From positions 13,673 through 77,672 of the forward strand of contig CALXEV010000002.1 of NCBI GenBank assembly GCA_944387425.1: 64,000 nucleotides of DNA. The letters are read 5' to 3'. Shown piece by piece: positions 46,306-54,972 of this stretch. How positions within the stretch are numbered: the first letter of the stretch is position 1; every line of letters begins with the position of its first letter. The notes beneath the pieces are model-generated. The model saw nothing but the letters and a program-made list of their open reading frames with translations, did no database searches and was not told the DNA's origin. Source of the stretch: an uncultured Clostridia bacterium (GTDB lineage Bacteria; Bacillota; Clostridia; TANB77; CAG-508). A program made the position numbers and the translations under genes.

Positions 46306-47658
46306 ATGGCGTTTGAAGGATTATCATCAAGACTACAAGAAATAACAAGAAAAATCAGAGGAAAAGCAAGAATAACAGAATCAGATTTAAAAGAAATGCT
46401 AAGAGAAGTTAAACTTGCTTTGCTTGAAGCTGATGTAAACTATAAAATAGTTAAAGAATTTATAGCAAATATACAAGAAAAAGCCTTGGGTCAAGATGTA
46501 ATGAAATCATTAACACCAGGACAACAAGTCATAAAAATCGTAAAGGACGAAATGGTAGAATTACTAGGAGGAACTGAAAGTAAAATAAACTTTACTCCAA
46601 ATCCACCAACAATAATAATGTTAGTTGGATTACAAGGTTCTGGAAAAACAACTACAGCAGGAAAACTTGCTAATCTTTTACGAAAACAAGGTAAAAAGCC
46701 ATTACTAGTAGCATGTGATATATATAGACCAGCTGCTATAAAACAATTACAAGTAGTAGGAGCTCAGTTAAATATACCAGTATATGCTAATGAAACATCA
46801 AAAGATGTTGTGCATATTGCAAAACAAGCAATGAATGTTGCAATATCAAAATTAAATGATGTAGTAATACTAGATACAGCAGGAAGATTACACATTGATG
46901 ATGAATTAATGCAAGAACTAAAAAATGTAAAAGCAAGTGTAAAACCACATGAAATTTTGTTGGTAGTAGACTCAATGACTGGTCAAGATGCAGTAAATGT
47001 TGCACAAACTTTCAATGATGAAGTAGGAATTGATGGAGTAATATTAACAAAATTGGATGGAGATACACGTGGTGGTGCAGCACTTTCAGTAAAGAAAGTC
47101 ACTGGAAAACCAATAAAATTTGCAGCAACAGGTGAAAAGTTAAGCGATATTGAAGTATTTAATCCAGAAAGAATGACATCTAGAATACTTGGAATGGGTG
47201 ATGTGTTATCAATAATCGAAAAAGCCGAAGAAGCAATCACAGAGGAAGAAGCAGAAAAATTAGAAAAACAACTTAGAAAAAATGAATTAGACTTAGATGA
47301 TTATTTAGCACAAATCAGACAAGTAAAAAAGATGGGTTCACTATCATCAATATTAAAAATGTTACCAGGAATGAACAAAATAAAAGACTTAAATGTAGAT
47401 GAAAAAGAATTTGATAAAATTGAAGCAATTATTTGTTCAATGACTGTAGAAGAAAAAAGAAATACAAAATTATTAAATGGTAGTAGAAGATTACGTATTG
47501 CAAAAGGTAGTGGAACTACAGTTCAAGATGTTAACAAATTTATGAAATCATTTGAAATGACACAAAAAATGATGAAACAAATGAAATCAAATAAAGGTGG
47601 CATGAAAAACATGTTCAAAAACATGAACATGAATGATTTGAAAAATTTTAAGATGTAG
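46306..47658 (+). CDS. ffh: Signal recognition particle protein Ffh
   Basis: NG domain motifs are present (GLQGSGKTTTAGKLA, DTAGR, TKLDGDTRGGAALS), with a Met-rich M domain at the C-terminus. Confidence 0.96.
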   Translation: MAFEGLSSRLQEITRKIRGKARITESDLKEMLREVKLALLEADVNYKIVKEFIANIQEKALGQDVMKSLTPGQQVIKIVKDEMVELLGGTESKINFTPNPPTIIMLVGLQGSGKTTTAGKLANLLRKQGKKPLLVACDIYRPAAIKQLQVVGAQLNIPVYANETSKDVVHIAKQAMNVAISKLNDVVILDTAGRLHIDDELMQELKNVKASVKPHEILLVVDSMTGQDAVNVAQTFNDEVGIDGVILTKLDGDTRGGAALSVKKVTGKPIKFAATGEKLSDIEVFNPERMTSRILGMGDVLSIIEKAEEAITEEEAEKLEKQLRKNELDLDDYLAQIRQVKKMGSLSSILKMLPGMNKIKDLNVDEKEFDKIEAIICSMTVEEKRNTKLLNGSRRLRIAKGSGTTVQDVNKFMKSFEMTQKMMKQMKSNKGGMKNMFKNMNMNDLKNFKM

Positions 47659-47705
47659 TTATTAATTTTTTAAACTTATATAGAATAAAACGGAGGTGAA
47701 TTGTA

Positions 47706-47936
47706 ATGGTAAAAATAAGATTACAAAGAGAGGGAAAGAAAAAAGCTCCATTCTATCATATAGTAGTAGCTGATTCAAGATCTCCAAGAGATGGAAAAAT
47801 AATAGAACAAATTGGAACATATGATCCAATGACAGAACCATCAACAATAGTTCTAAACAAAGAAAAATTAGAACAATGGATAAAAAATGGTGCACAACCT
47901 ACAGATACAGTTAAAGCATTAATCAAAAATGCTTAG
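47706..47936 (+). CDS. rpsP: 30S ribosomal protein S16
   Basis: The N-terminus [31 protein letters not shown] is present and the gene sits in the conserved operon position. Confidence 0.95.
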   Translation: MVKIRLQREGKKKAPFYHIVVADSRSPRDGKIIEQIGTYDPMTEPSTIVLNKEKLEQWIKNGAQPTDTVKALIKNA

Positions 47937-47948
47937 TTGGAGGAAAAT

Positions 47949-48182
47949 ATGAAAGAGGTTTTAGAAACTATTATTAAAAACTTAGTCGACACTCCAGAAG
48001 CTGTTGATATAAAAGAAGTTGAAGGAGAAAAAAACATAATCTTTGAAGTAAAAGTTGCTGAAAAAGATTTTGGAAAAATAATTGGTAGACAAGGAAAAAT
48101 TGCACAATCTATAAGAACAGTAATGAAATCCGTTGCAAATAGAAAAGACAAAAAAGTTACTGTAGAATTTATAGAACAATAA
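47949..48182 (+). CDS. KH-domain RNA-binding protein (YlqC family)
   Basis: The KH GxxG motif is present (IIGRQGKIAQSIRTV) and the gene lies between rpsP and rimM. ATG 47949 follows the RBS ggagg. Confidence 0.88.
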   Translation: MKEVLETIIKNLVDTPEAVDIKEVEGEKNIIFEVKVAEKDFGKIIGRQGKIAQSIRTVMKSVANRKDKKVTVEFIEQ

Positions 48183-48211
48183 AAGTTATACCATGAAAGG
48201 AATGGTAGAAC

Positions 48212-48718
48212 ATGCAAAAAAGGCTAGAAGTTGGTCAAATTGTTAATACATTTGGTATAAAAGGAGAAGTTAAAGTAATGCCTTTTACAGATGATATAAC
48301 AAGATTTGACGACCTAGAAAAAGTATATGTTAAAACTAAAAAAGAAGAAAAACTATATAAAATTCAAAATGTGAGATATCACAAAAATATGGTATTAATC
48401 AAATTTGAAAATATAGAAACACCAGAACAAGCTGAATTGCTAAGAAATGCTTTTCTAGAAATAGACAGAGAAGATGCAATACCACTAGAAGAAGGAACAT
48501 ATTATATAGCTGATTTAATTGGTATGGAAGTATATTCAGATGATGGAAATAAGCTAGGAATAGTAGAAGACATCTATAATACTGGAGCAAATGACATATA
48601 TGTAGTAAAAAATGATTTAGGAAAACAAATTTTATTACCAGGAATCAAAGAGGTAATAAAAGAAGTTAACTTAGATACAGAAAAAATTACAGTACATCTT
48701 ATACCTGGATTGATTTAA
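48212..48718 (+). CDS. rimM: 16S rRNA processing protein RimM
   Basis: The N-terminal VGQIVNTFGIKGEVKV and a PRC-barrel C-terminus are present, in the conserved operon position. Confidence 0.92.
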   Translation: MQKRLEVGQIVNTFGIKGEVKVMPFTDDITRFDDLEKVYVKTKKEEKLYKIQNVRYHKNMVLIKFENIETPEQAELLRNAFLEIDREDAIPLEEGTYYIADLIGMEVYSDDGNKLGIVEDIYNTGANDIYVVKNDLGKQILLPGIKEVIKEVNLDTEKITVHLIPGLI

Positions 48719-48736
48719 AAAAGTATGGAGGAAAAA

Positions 48737-49462
48737 ATGCAATTTGATGTGTTAACACTTTTCCCAGAAATGTTTGAGCCAATAAAGCAAAGCATAATAG
48801 GAAGAGCTGAAAAGAAAAATTTAATAAATCTAAATTTAGTAAATATTAGAGATTTTTCAAATAACAAACACAAAAAAGTAGATGATACCCCATATGGTGG
48901 TGGAGCAGGAATGGTTATGCAAGCTGATGTTGTATATGATGCTTATAAATCATTAAATACAAAAGATGCAAAAGTAATTTATTTAACTCCACAAGGAAAA
49001 GTTTTAAATCAAAAAAAGGTAGAAGAACTAAGCAAAGAAAAGCATCTTATTCTACTTTGTGGACATTATGAAGGGATTGACCAAAGAGTAATAGACAAAA
49101 TTGTAGATGAGGAAATATCTATAGGTGATTATGTACTAACAGGTGGTGAAATACCAGCAATGGTATTAATAGATACAGTTAGTAGATATGTAGAAGGTGT
49201 TTTAAGTAAAGGTTCAACTTCAGAAGAATCATTTTCACAAGGATTACTTGAATATCCTCAATATACAAGACCTGAAATTTTTGAAGATGAAAAGGTACCA
49301 GAAATATTACTAACAGGCCATCACGAAAAAATAAGCAAATGGAGAAGAGAGCAATCTTTAAAAAATACATATTTAAAAAGACCAGAACTTTTAAAAAATG
49401 TAGAACTATCTAAAGAAGAAAAAGAATATATAAAAAAATTAAATAATGATGCAAAGTGCTGA
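48737..49462 (+). CDS. trmD: tRNA (guanine37-N1)-methyltransferase
   Basis: FDVLTLFPEMF, DDTPYGGGAGMVM, LLCGHYEGIDQRV and SIGDYVLTGGE are present. ATG 48737 follows the RBS ggagg. Confidence 0.95.
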   Translation: MQFDVLTLFPEMFEPIKQSIIGRAEKKNLINLNLVNIRDFSNNKHKKVDDTPYGGGAGMVMQADVVYDAYKSLNTKDAKVIYLTPQGKVLNQKKVEELSKEKHLILLCGHYEGIDQRVIDKIVDEEISIGDYVLTGGEIPAMVLIDTVSRYVEGVLSKGSTSEESFSQGLLEYPQYTRPEIFEDEKVPEILLTGHHEKISKWRREQSLKNTYLKRPELLKNVELSKEEKEYIKKLNNDAKC

Positions 49463-49511
49463 CTTTCAATTCAAGGCACCGCTTGCATAGAAAAAGAAGG
49501 AGGTAAATACG

Positions 49512-49997
49512 ATGGATATCATAAAATCAATAGAACATGAACAACTAAAAAACTCTATTCCTGACATCAAAGTTGGAAATACAGTTAGAGTACATGTTAA
49601 AATAAAAGAAGGAAACAAAGAAAGAATCCAAGTATTTGAAGGAATTGTAATAAAAAAACAAGGTGGAGGATTAAACGAAACATTCACAGTAAGAAAAATA
49701 TCTTATGGTGTAGGTGTTGAAAAAACATTCTTAATTCATTCACCATTAGTTGAAAAAGTAGAATTAGTTAGAGTTGGTAAAGCTAGACGTGCTAAACTTT
49801 ACTATTTAAGAGAAAGAACAGGAAAAGCTTCTAAGACTAAAGAATTAGTTGGAGCAAGAATAGAAGATAAAGAAATCACTCTTAAAGAAGATTTAGCTGA
49901 AGAACCAGCTAAAGAAGCTGTTGAAACACCAGTTGAAGCAGAACCAGCAAAAACTGAAGAAGCAGTTGCTGAGAATACAGAAAAAGAAACAAAATAA
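49512..49997 (+). CDS. rplS: 50S ribosomal protein L19 with an acidic Ala/Glu/Pro-rich C-terminal extension
   Basis: The L19 core ([37 protein letters not shown]...[16 protein letters not shown]) is followed by about 45 extra residues (...[36 protein letters not shown]). Confidence 0.93.
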   Translation: MDIIKSIEHEQLKNSIPDIKVGNTVRVHVKIKEGNKERIQVFEGIVIKKQGGGLNETFTVRKISYGVGVEKTFLIHSPLVEKVELVRVGKARRAKLYYLRERTGKASKTKELVGARIEDKEITLKEDLAEEPAKEAVETPVEAEPAKTEEAVAENTEKETK

Positions 49998-50008
49998 TTT
50001 AATAAAAA

Positions 50009-50035
50009 ATGCATCTCACAAGGGGTGTATTTTTT
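50009..50035 (+). terminator. Probable terminator of the rpsP-rplS operon
   Basis: The hairpin atgcatctc/ggggtgtat has 9 pairs, 3 of them G-U, and is followed by ttttt. Confidence 0.5.
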
Positions 50036-50195
50036 ATTTTTCTAAAATAGATTTATTAGGTAAAATTCACAAAAATTTCAAATAAAAAATGAACAAAAAA
50101 ACTTTACAAAAATGCACAAGTAATATAAAATAAAAAAGAATAAATAGGATAGAATAAAATGCAAAAGATTTAGATAGAAAGGATAGACGCAAAAG

Positions 50196-52592
50196 ATGAA
50201 AGAAAAAAATGAATTAAGTTATAAAGACTTAAAAATGACATGTAATGAAAACATGTTTCACTTTGAGACGACAAAAGAATTAGAACCTATAAATGATGGA
50301 ATAGGCCAAGAAAGAGGAATAAAAGCTTTAGAGTTTGGAATAGATATAAATGTAAAAGGATATAACATTTATCTTGAAGGACCTAGTGGTGTTGGAAAGA
50401 CAATGTATACTAAAAATTATTTAGAGAGTATTGCACCAAAAAAGAAAGTTCCAAATGATTGGTGTTATATATACAATTTTCAAAATCCAAATGAACCAAT
50501 TGCAGTATCATTGCCTGCAGGACAAGGTAAAGAATTCAAAGAAAGTATGGATGGTTTCATAAAAGAAGTAAAAAAAGACATCAAAAAAACTTTTAATGCA
50601 GATGATTTTGAAAAAGAAAAAGCTTTAATTAAAAAAGAATTTGAAGAAAAAAGAGAAAGCTTATTAACAAAGTTAAATGAAGATTCTTTAAAATATGGCT
50701 TCCATGTAAAATCAGCTCAAAATGGTATCTATATGTTTCCAGTAGTTGATGGAAAAGTTGTTCAAGAAGAAGAATTTGAAAAATTAGATGAAGAAATAAA
50801 AAAACAATATGAAGAAAAATCAGTAATAGTACAACAACAAATAATGGAAGTAATAGGACAAATAAAACAAATAGAAAGAGAATCAGATAAAAAGGTATCT
50901 GAATGGCAATCAAATGTTGCATTATTAACAGTAAATGCGCATATAAACTATATAAAATCTAAATATAAAAGAAATAAAAAAATTAATCAATTTTTAAATG
51001 ATGTAAAACAAGATGTTTTGAAAAATGTATCTTACTTTTTAGAAGAAGACAAACCACAACAACCTCAACAGGCTCAACCATCTCCAATGCAAAGAAAACA
51101 AGACCCATGCTTAAATTATAGAGTAAATTTGTTTATAGATAATAGTACAAGAGAAGGTTGCCCAGTAATAATGGATTCTAATTACACATATCAAAATTTA
51201 TTTGGAAAATTAGAATATGAAAATTACTATGGTTCATTGAAAACAGATTTTACAATGTTAAAACCAGGATTAATGCACAAAGCAAATGGAGGATATATAA
51301 TATTCCAAGCAAAAGATTTATTAACAAATGCAATGTGTTATGAAGAACTAAAAAGAATATTAAGGGTAAAAGAAATTGCAATAGATAATACAATGGAACA
51401 ACGTTCATCAATGGCAATGATATCATTAAAACCAGAGCCAATTCCATTAGATGTAAAAGTAATACTTATAGGAAATGCTAGTATTTATCATACACTATTA
51501 TCAATGGATTCTGATTTTAGAAAACTATTTAAAATCAAAGTTGAATTTGAAGAAACAGCTCCAATTGATGAAACAAATGTAAATAAACTTGCAAGATTTG
51601 TTCACACATTCTGCGAGCAAGAAGAATTACCACCACTTGACAAATCAGCAATGGCAAGGCTTGTAGAATTTGCTTCAAGATTAGCAGGAGATAAAGATAA
51701 ATTATCTACAAGATTTACAGATATAGGTCAAGTAGTTGGAGAAGCAGGAACATGGGCAAAACTAGACAAAGCAAAAGTTGTTACAAAACAATATATAGAT
51801 AAAGCATTAGCAGAAAGAATTGACAGAATAAAGAAATATGATGAAAAATATACAGAAATGATAAAAGAAAACACTTTATTAATAAATACAAAAGGTTCTT
51901 TAGTAGGAGAACTAAATGGATTGACAGTAATGACAATTGGAGATTACACTTTTGGAAAACCATCAAAAATTACAGTTAATACTTATACTGGAAAAGGTGG
52001 AGTTGTAAACATAGAAAGAGAAGTTGAACTTTCTGGTTCTACACACTCAAAAGGTGTATATATATTATCTGGATATTTAGGAGAAATGTTCGCACAAGAC
52101 ATTCCATTATGCTTAACAGCAAGTATATGTTTTGAACAATTATATAATGGTGTTGATGGAGATAGTGCATCAAGTACAGAACTATATGGACTATTATCAA
52201 GCTTATCAGGAATTCCTATTAAACAATCAATTGCGGTAACAGGTTCAGTAAATCAAAAAGGACAAATACAACCAATTGGTGGAGTAAATGAAAAAATTGA
52301 AGGATATTTCCAAATTTGTAAAATGCGTGGATTAGATGGTTCTCATGGAGTTATGATACCTGTTCAAAATGTAAATAATCTTCAATTATCAGATGAAATA
52401 GTAGATGCCGTAAAAAATAAGAAATTCCATATTTATGCAGTTTCTACAATAGAAGAAGGAATTGAAGTATTAACAGGAGTACCAGCTGGAAAGAAAGATA
52501 AAGATGGAAAATTCCCAGCAGGAACTGTAAATCATTTAGTTTATGAAAAATTAAAGAAATATGCAAAAATTGTAGAGAAAAATTGTCAGTAG
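50196..52592 (+). CDS. Lon-like protease of the LonC type (AAA-like domain with a coiled-coil insertion, plus a Lon S16 proteolytic domain)
   Basis: The Walker A motif is GPSGVGKT. A long charged coiled-coil insert follows it. The C-terminal Lon protease domain reads GDSASSTELYGLLSSLSGIPIKQSIAVTGSVNQKGQIQPIGGVNEKIEG, containing the Ser-Lys dyad. Confidence 0.8.
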   Translation: MKEKNELSYKDLKMTCNENMFHFETTKELEPINDGIGQERGIKALEFGIDINVKGYNIYLEGPSGVGKTMYTKNYLESIAPKKKVPNDWCYIYNFQNPNEPIAVSLPAGQGKEFKESMDGFIKEVKKDIKKTFNADDFEKEKALIKKEFEEKRESLLTKLNEDSLKYGFHVKSAQNGIYMFPVVDGKVVQEEEFEKLDEEIKKQYEEKSVIVQQQIMEVIGQIKQIERESDKKVSEWQSNVALLTVNAHINYIKSKYKRNKKINQFLNDVKQDVLKNVSYFLEEDKPQQPQQAQPSPMQRKQDPCLNYRVNLFIDNSTREGCPVIMDSNYTYQNLFGKLEYENYYGSLKTDFTMLKPGLMHKANGGYIIFQAKDLLTNAMCYEELKRILRVKEIAIDNTMEQRSSMAMISLKPEPIPLDVKVILIGNASIYHTLLSMDSDFRKLFKIKVEFEETAPIDETNVNKLARFVHTFCEQEELPPLDKSAMARLVEFASRLAGDKDKLSTRFTDIGQVVGEAGTWAKLDKAKVVTKQYIDKALAERIDRIKKYDEKYTEMIKENTLLINTKGSLVGELNGLTVMTIGDYTFGKPSKITVNTYTGKGGVVNIEREVELSGSTHSKGVYILSGYLGEMFAQDIPLCLTASICFEQLYNGVDGDSASSTELYGLLSSLSGIPIKQSIAVTGSVNQKGQIQPIGGVNEKIEGYFQICKMRGLDGSHGVMIPVQNVNNLQLSDEIVDAVKNKKFHIYAVSTIEEGIEVLTGVPAGKKDKDGKFPAGTVNHLVYEKLKKYAKIVEKNCQ

Positions 52593-52617
52593 GGACGGTC
52601 CTTACTGGCAATTTTTT
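52583..52617 (+). terminator. Module-1 repeat copy acting as the LonC terminator, overlapping the last codons and stop of the gene
   Basis: ttgtcagtagggacggtccttactggcaa (52583-52611) is followed by tttttt. The TAG stop (52590-52592) lies inside the left arm. Confidence 0.85.
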
Positions 52618-52715
52618 ATTATAATATTTTATTTAATATACACAATAAAAAATATCTTTAAGTCTTTAACTTAAAGATATCAGAGTGTTGACAAAGTATA
52701 TAAAAATTCGAGTGC

Positions 52716-52744
52716 TTGAATTTTTATGTATATTATGATAGAAT
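52716..52744 (+). promoter_or_regulatory. Promoter for ORF 52829
   Basis: TTGAAT (52716-52721), a 17-nt spacer ending in TGa, and TAGAAT (52739-52744). Confidence 0.55.
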
Positions 52745-52828
52745 AAATTTAATTCGTTTAATCCCCAAAGAGAATCATTCAAAATCTCAGAGAGGATCCC
52801 TCACAAGTAAATACAAGGAGGATTATCT

Positions 52829-53224
52829 ATGATAAGCAAAGCTCAACAAGTACGGATGAGAAGGACTAATGCATTCAAGAGAACTTTATTCTTAAAATTG
52901 GATGAAATCTTTGACTGGATATTGGATATTATAAACAAAAAAACAGATGAAAGAGATTACCATAAATTAATATTGTACATTGACGAATATAGGTATCTTA
53001 GAGTTTTGGACAACGAAAAAAAATGCGAAGATAATTATGGATGCTATGATTTGAGAAAAATTCTTAGCGAATATGACGAAGAATTTTTTGTTGAAAAATT
53101 GAAAAAGAAAATAGAAGATGAAGAAGGATATAAAGTGAAATTGAAAGAAGAATGTTTAAATGGTGCTAAGAAGCCATCTACCGTTATTATTGTTGAAGTT
53201 AGCGTAGATTTTAGCTTAGGTTAA
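52829..53224 (+). CDS. Hypothetical 131-aa protein
   Basis: A strong RBS (aaggagg) lies 7 nt upstream. I recognise no motif. Confidence 0.55.
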   Translation: MISKAQQVRMRRTNAFKRTLFLKLDEIFDWILDIINKKTDERDYHKLILYIDEYRYLRVLDNEKKCEDNYGCYDLRKILSEYDEEFFVEKLKKKIEDEEGYKVKLKEECLNGAKKPSTVIIVEVSVDFSLG

Positions 53225-53411
53225 AAGCTAAGGTACCCAGTTTTCGTAAGAAAGCTAGGTATTTACTTTTTTCTAAATGAAATATTAATTTTATCTATTA
53301 TTTTGAAAATATTAAAAATTAGCCTATCACAAGAATATTATTTGCAAAATTCGACAAAAGTGTTATAATTAATTTGTCCGAGGAATACATTAGTATAGTA
53401 AGGAGGGCATT

Positions 53412-53840
53412 ATGATTTACACTGAGCAAACCAAAAAAGCCATGATAATTGCATATAATGCTCATCATGGACAAGTCGACAAATCTGGAGTACCATATAT
53501 TTTCCATCCAATCCATGTAGCAGAACAAATGGAAACTGAAGAAGAATGTATTGTTGCACTTCTACATGATACTGTAGAAGACACAAACATAACTTTTGAA
53601 GTTTTGGAAAAAGAATTTTCTGCTACTGTCATTGAAGCATTAAAACTTCTCACACATGACGAGTCAATTGATTATTTTGACTATGTCAGAAAGTTGAAAA
53701 ATAACCCAATTGCCAAAAAAGTAAAACTTGCAGACTTATATCACAATAGTGATATAACTAGGATGGAAAATCCTACAGAAAAGGACTGGAAGCGCAAAGA
53801 AAAATATCATAAAGCAATACTGATTTTGCTTGAAGAATAG
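53412..53840 (+). CDS. Small HD-domain protein of the RelA/SpoT hydrolase type (candidate small alarmone hydrolase)
   Basis: AYNAHHGQVDKSGVPYIFHPIHVAE and ALLHDTVEDT are the (p)ppGpp-hydrolase HD signature. The protein is 142 aa with no synthetase domain. The RBS is aaggaggg. Confidence 0.8.
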   Translation: MIYTEQTKKAMIIAYNAHHGQVDKSGVPYIFHPIHVAEQMETEEECIVALLHDTVEDTNITFEVLEKEFSATVIEALKLLTHDESIDYFDYVRKLKNNPIAKKVKLADLYHNSDITRMENPTEKDWKRKEKYHKAILILLEE

Positions 53841-53846
53841 CCCTGC

Positions 53847-53883
53847 ACCAAAAGAGAGACTGTAATAGTCTCTCTTTTGGTGT
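53847..53883. other. Perfect 16-bp hairpin after the HD gene, with no U-tail
   Basis: caccaaaagagagact (53847-53862) pairs with agtctctcttttggtg (53868-53883) around the loop gtaat. No T-run follows on either strand. Confidence 0.6.
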
Positions 53884-53890
53884 AAAAAAG

Positions 53891-53919
53891 TTGAAAAAAG
53901 TATAAAAATATATTAAAAT
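53891..53919 (+). promoter_or_regulatory. Putative ogg promoter
   Basis: TTGAAA (53891-53896), a 17-nt spacer and TAAAAT (53914-53919). The predicted transcription start falls at the edge of the repeat copy at 53924. Confidence 0.45.
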
Positions 53920-53923
53920 AAAT

Positions 53924-53952
53924 TTGTCACAAGGGACGTTCCTTAGTGGCAA
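53924..53952 (+). repeat. Module-1 hairpin repeat copy in the ogg 5' region
   Basis: ttgtcacaagggacgttccttagtggcaa is followed by aaaaaa rather than a T-run. Confidence 0.85.
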
Positions 53953-53986
53953 AAAACGATTAATTTAATTGCATAAGGAGGATACA

Positions 53987-54868
53987 ATGCAAGAACAAGA
54001 ATATAAATTAGAAAATATAGATTCATTTGAATTAGCAGATATATTTGAATGTGGACAGTGTTTTAGATGGAATAAACAGGAAGATGGAAGTTACACAGGA
54101 ATATTCAAAAGAAATGTAATTAATGTAAAAAAAGAAAATTGTCATCAAGGTACGTCCCTAGTGACAATAAAAGGAATATGTGATGGTAATATAAAAGATG
54201 TAGTAGAAGATTATTTTGACTTAAATAGAAACTATGAAGAAATAAAGGAAAAGTTATCAAAAATAGATGATAATGTAAAAACAAGTATAGAATATGGAAA
54301 AGGAATAAGAATTTTAAATCAAGATTTATGGGAAATGATTATATCTTATATAATTTCTGCAAACAATAATATACCACGTATAAAAGGAATTATAGAAAGA
54401 TTATCAAAAGCATATGGTGATGAAATAGAATGGAATGGAAAAAAATACTACACTTTTCCTACACCTGAGCAATTGAAAGATGTAACAGTAGAGGATTACA
54501 GAAAATTAGGAACAGGTTTTAGAGATATCCGCTTATATGAAACAGTGCATATGATTTTAGATAAAAAGGTTGATTTAGAACAATTACAAAATGAACCAGA
54601 TACAAACAAAGTTAGAGAACAACTTTTAACACTTTCTGGAGTTGGACCTAAAGTGGCTGATTGTATTCTATTATTCTCAACATTAAAACGTTTTGAAGTT
54701 TTTCCAATAGATGTATGGGTACGTAGAGTAATGAATGAGCTATATATAAAAAATGAAGATGAAACAAAAGTTAATAAAAAGCAAATTGAAAAGCTTGCAC
54801 ATGAAAAGTTCGGAAATCTTGCAGGAATTGCACAACAATATTTGTTTTATTGGAAAAGAGAAGCATAA
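53987..54868 (+). CDS. ogg: 8-oxoguanine DNA glycosylase / AP lyase (Ogg; HhH-GPD superfamily)
   Basis: The OGG N-domain motif FECGQCFRW is present. The HhH-GPD region reads LLTLSGVGPKVADCILLF (catalytic Lys) and FPIDVWVRR (Asp). ATG 53987 follows the RBS aaggagg. Confidence 0.88.
   Translation: MQEQEYKLENIDSFELADIFECGQCFRWNKQEDGSYTGIFKRNVINVKKENCHQGTSLVTIKGICDGNIKDVVEDYFDLNRNYEEIKEKLSKIDDNVKTSIEYGKGIRILNQDLWEMIISYIISANNNIPRIKGIIERLSKAYGDEIEWNGKKYYTFPTPEQLKDVTVEDYRKLGTGFRDIRLYETVHMILDKKVDLEQLQNEPDTNKVREQLLTLSGVGPKVADCILLFSTLKRFEVFPIDVWVRRVMNELYIKNEDETKVNKKQIEKLAHEKFGNLAGIAQQYLFYWKREA
54139..54167 (-). repeat. Module-1 repeat copy located in frame inside the ogg coding sequence
   Basis: ttgtcatcaaggtacgtccctagtgacaa shares the core caaggtacgtccc and the palindromic ttgtca/tgacaa arms with the intergenic copies. 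It encodes CHQGTSLVT. Confidence 0.8.
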
Positions 54869-54924
54869 CAGAAAGTATAATTTATAAAATATTACTAAAA
54901 ACACAAAGTATACTGAATAAAATC

Positions 54925-54953
54925 TTGACATTTTGTTCAGTATACTTTATAAT
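54925..54953 (+). promoter_or_regulatory. Consensus sigma-A promoter for the ATPase gene
   Basis: TTGACA (54925-54930), a 17-nt spacer and TATAAT (54948-54953). Confidence 0.7.
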
Positions 54954-54972
54954 ATATATAAGAGGTGATAAA

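Noticed and set aside
49463-49511. A possible L19 (rplS) autoregulatory leader
   Set aside because: Only about 49 nt separate trmD from rplS. I cannot recognise the leader motif by eye, so I left it uncalled.
50196-52592. Whether the Lon-like protease is BrxL of a BREX system
   Set aside because: No pglX/brxC/brxA-type neighbours are present. The gene is monocistronic between its own promoter and terminator, and its coiled-coil-inserted AAA-like domain fits the LonC type better.
53847-53883. The 16-bp perfect hairpin after the HD gene as a canonical intrinsic terminator
   Set aside because: No U-tract follows on either strand. I report it only as a hairpin of unknown role, which may still act as a processing or stability element.
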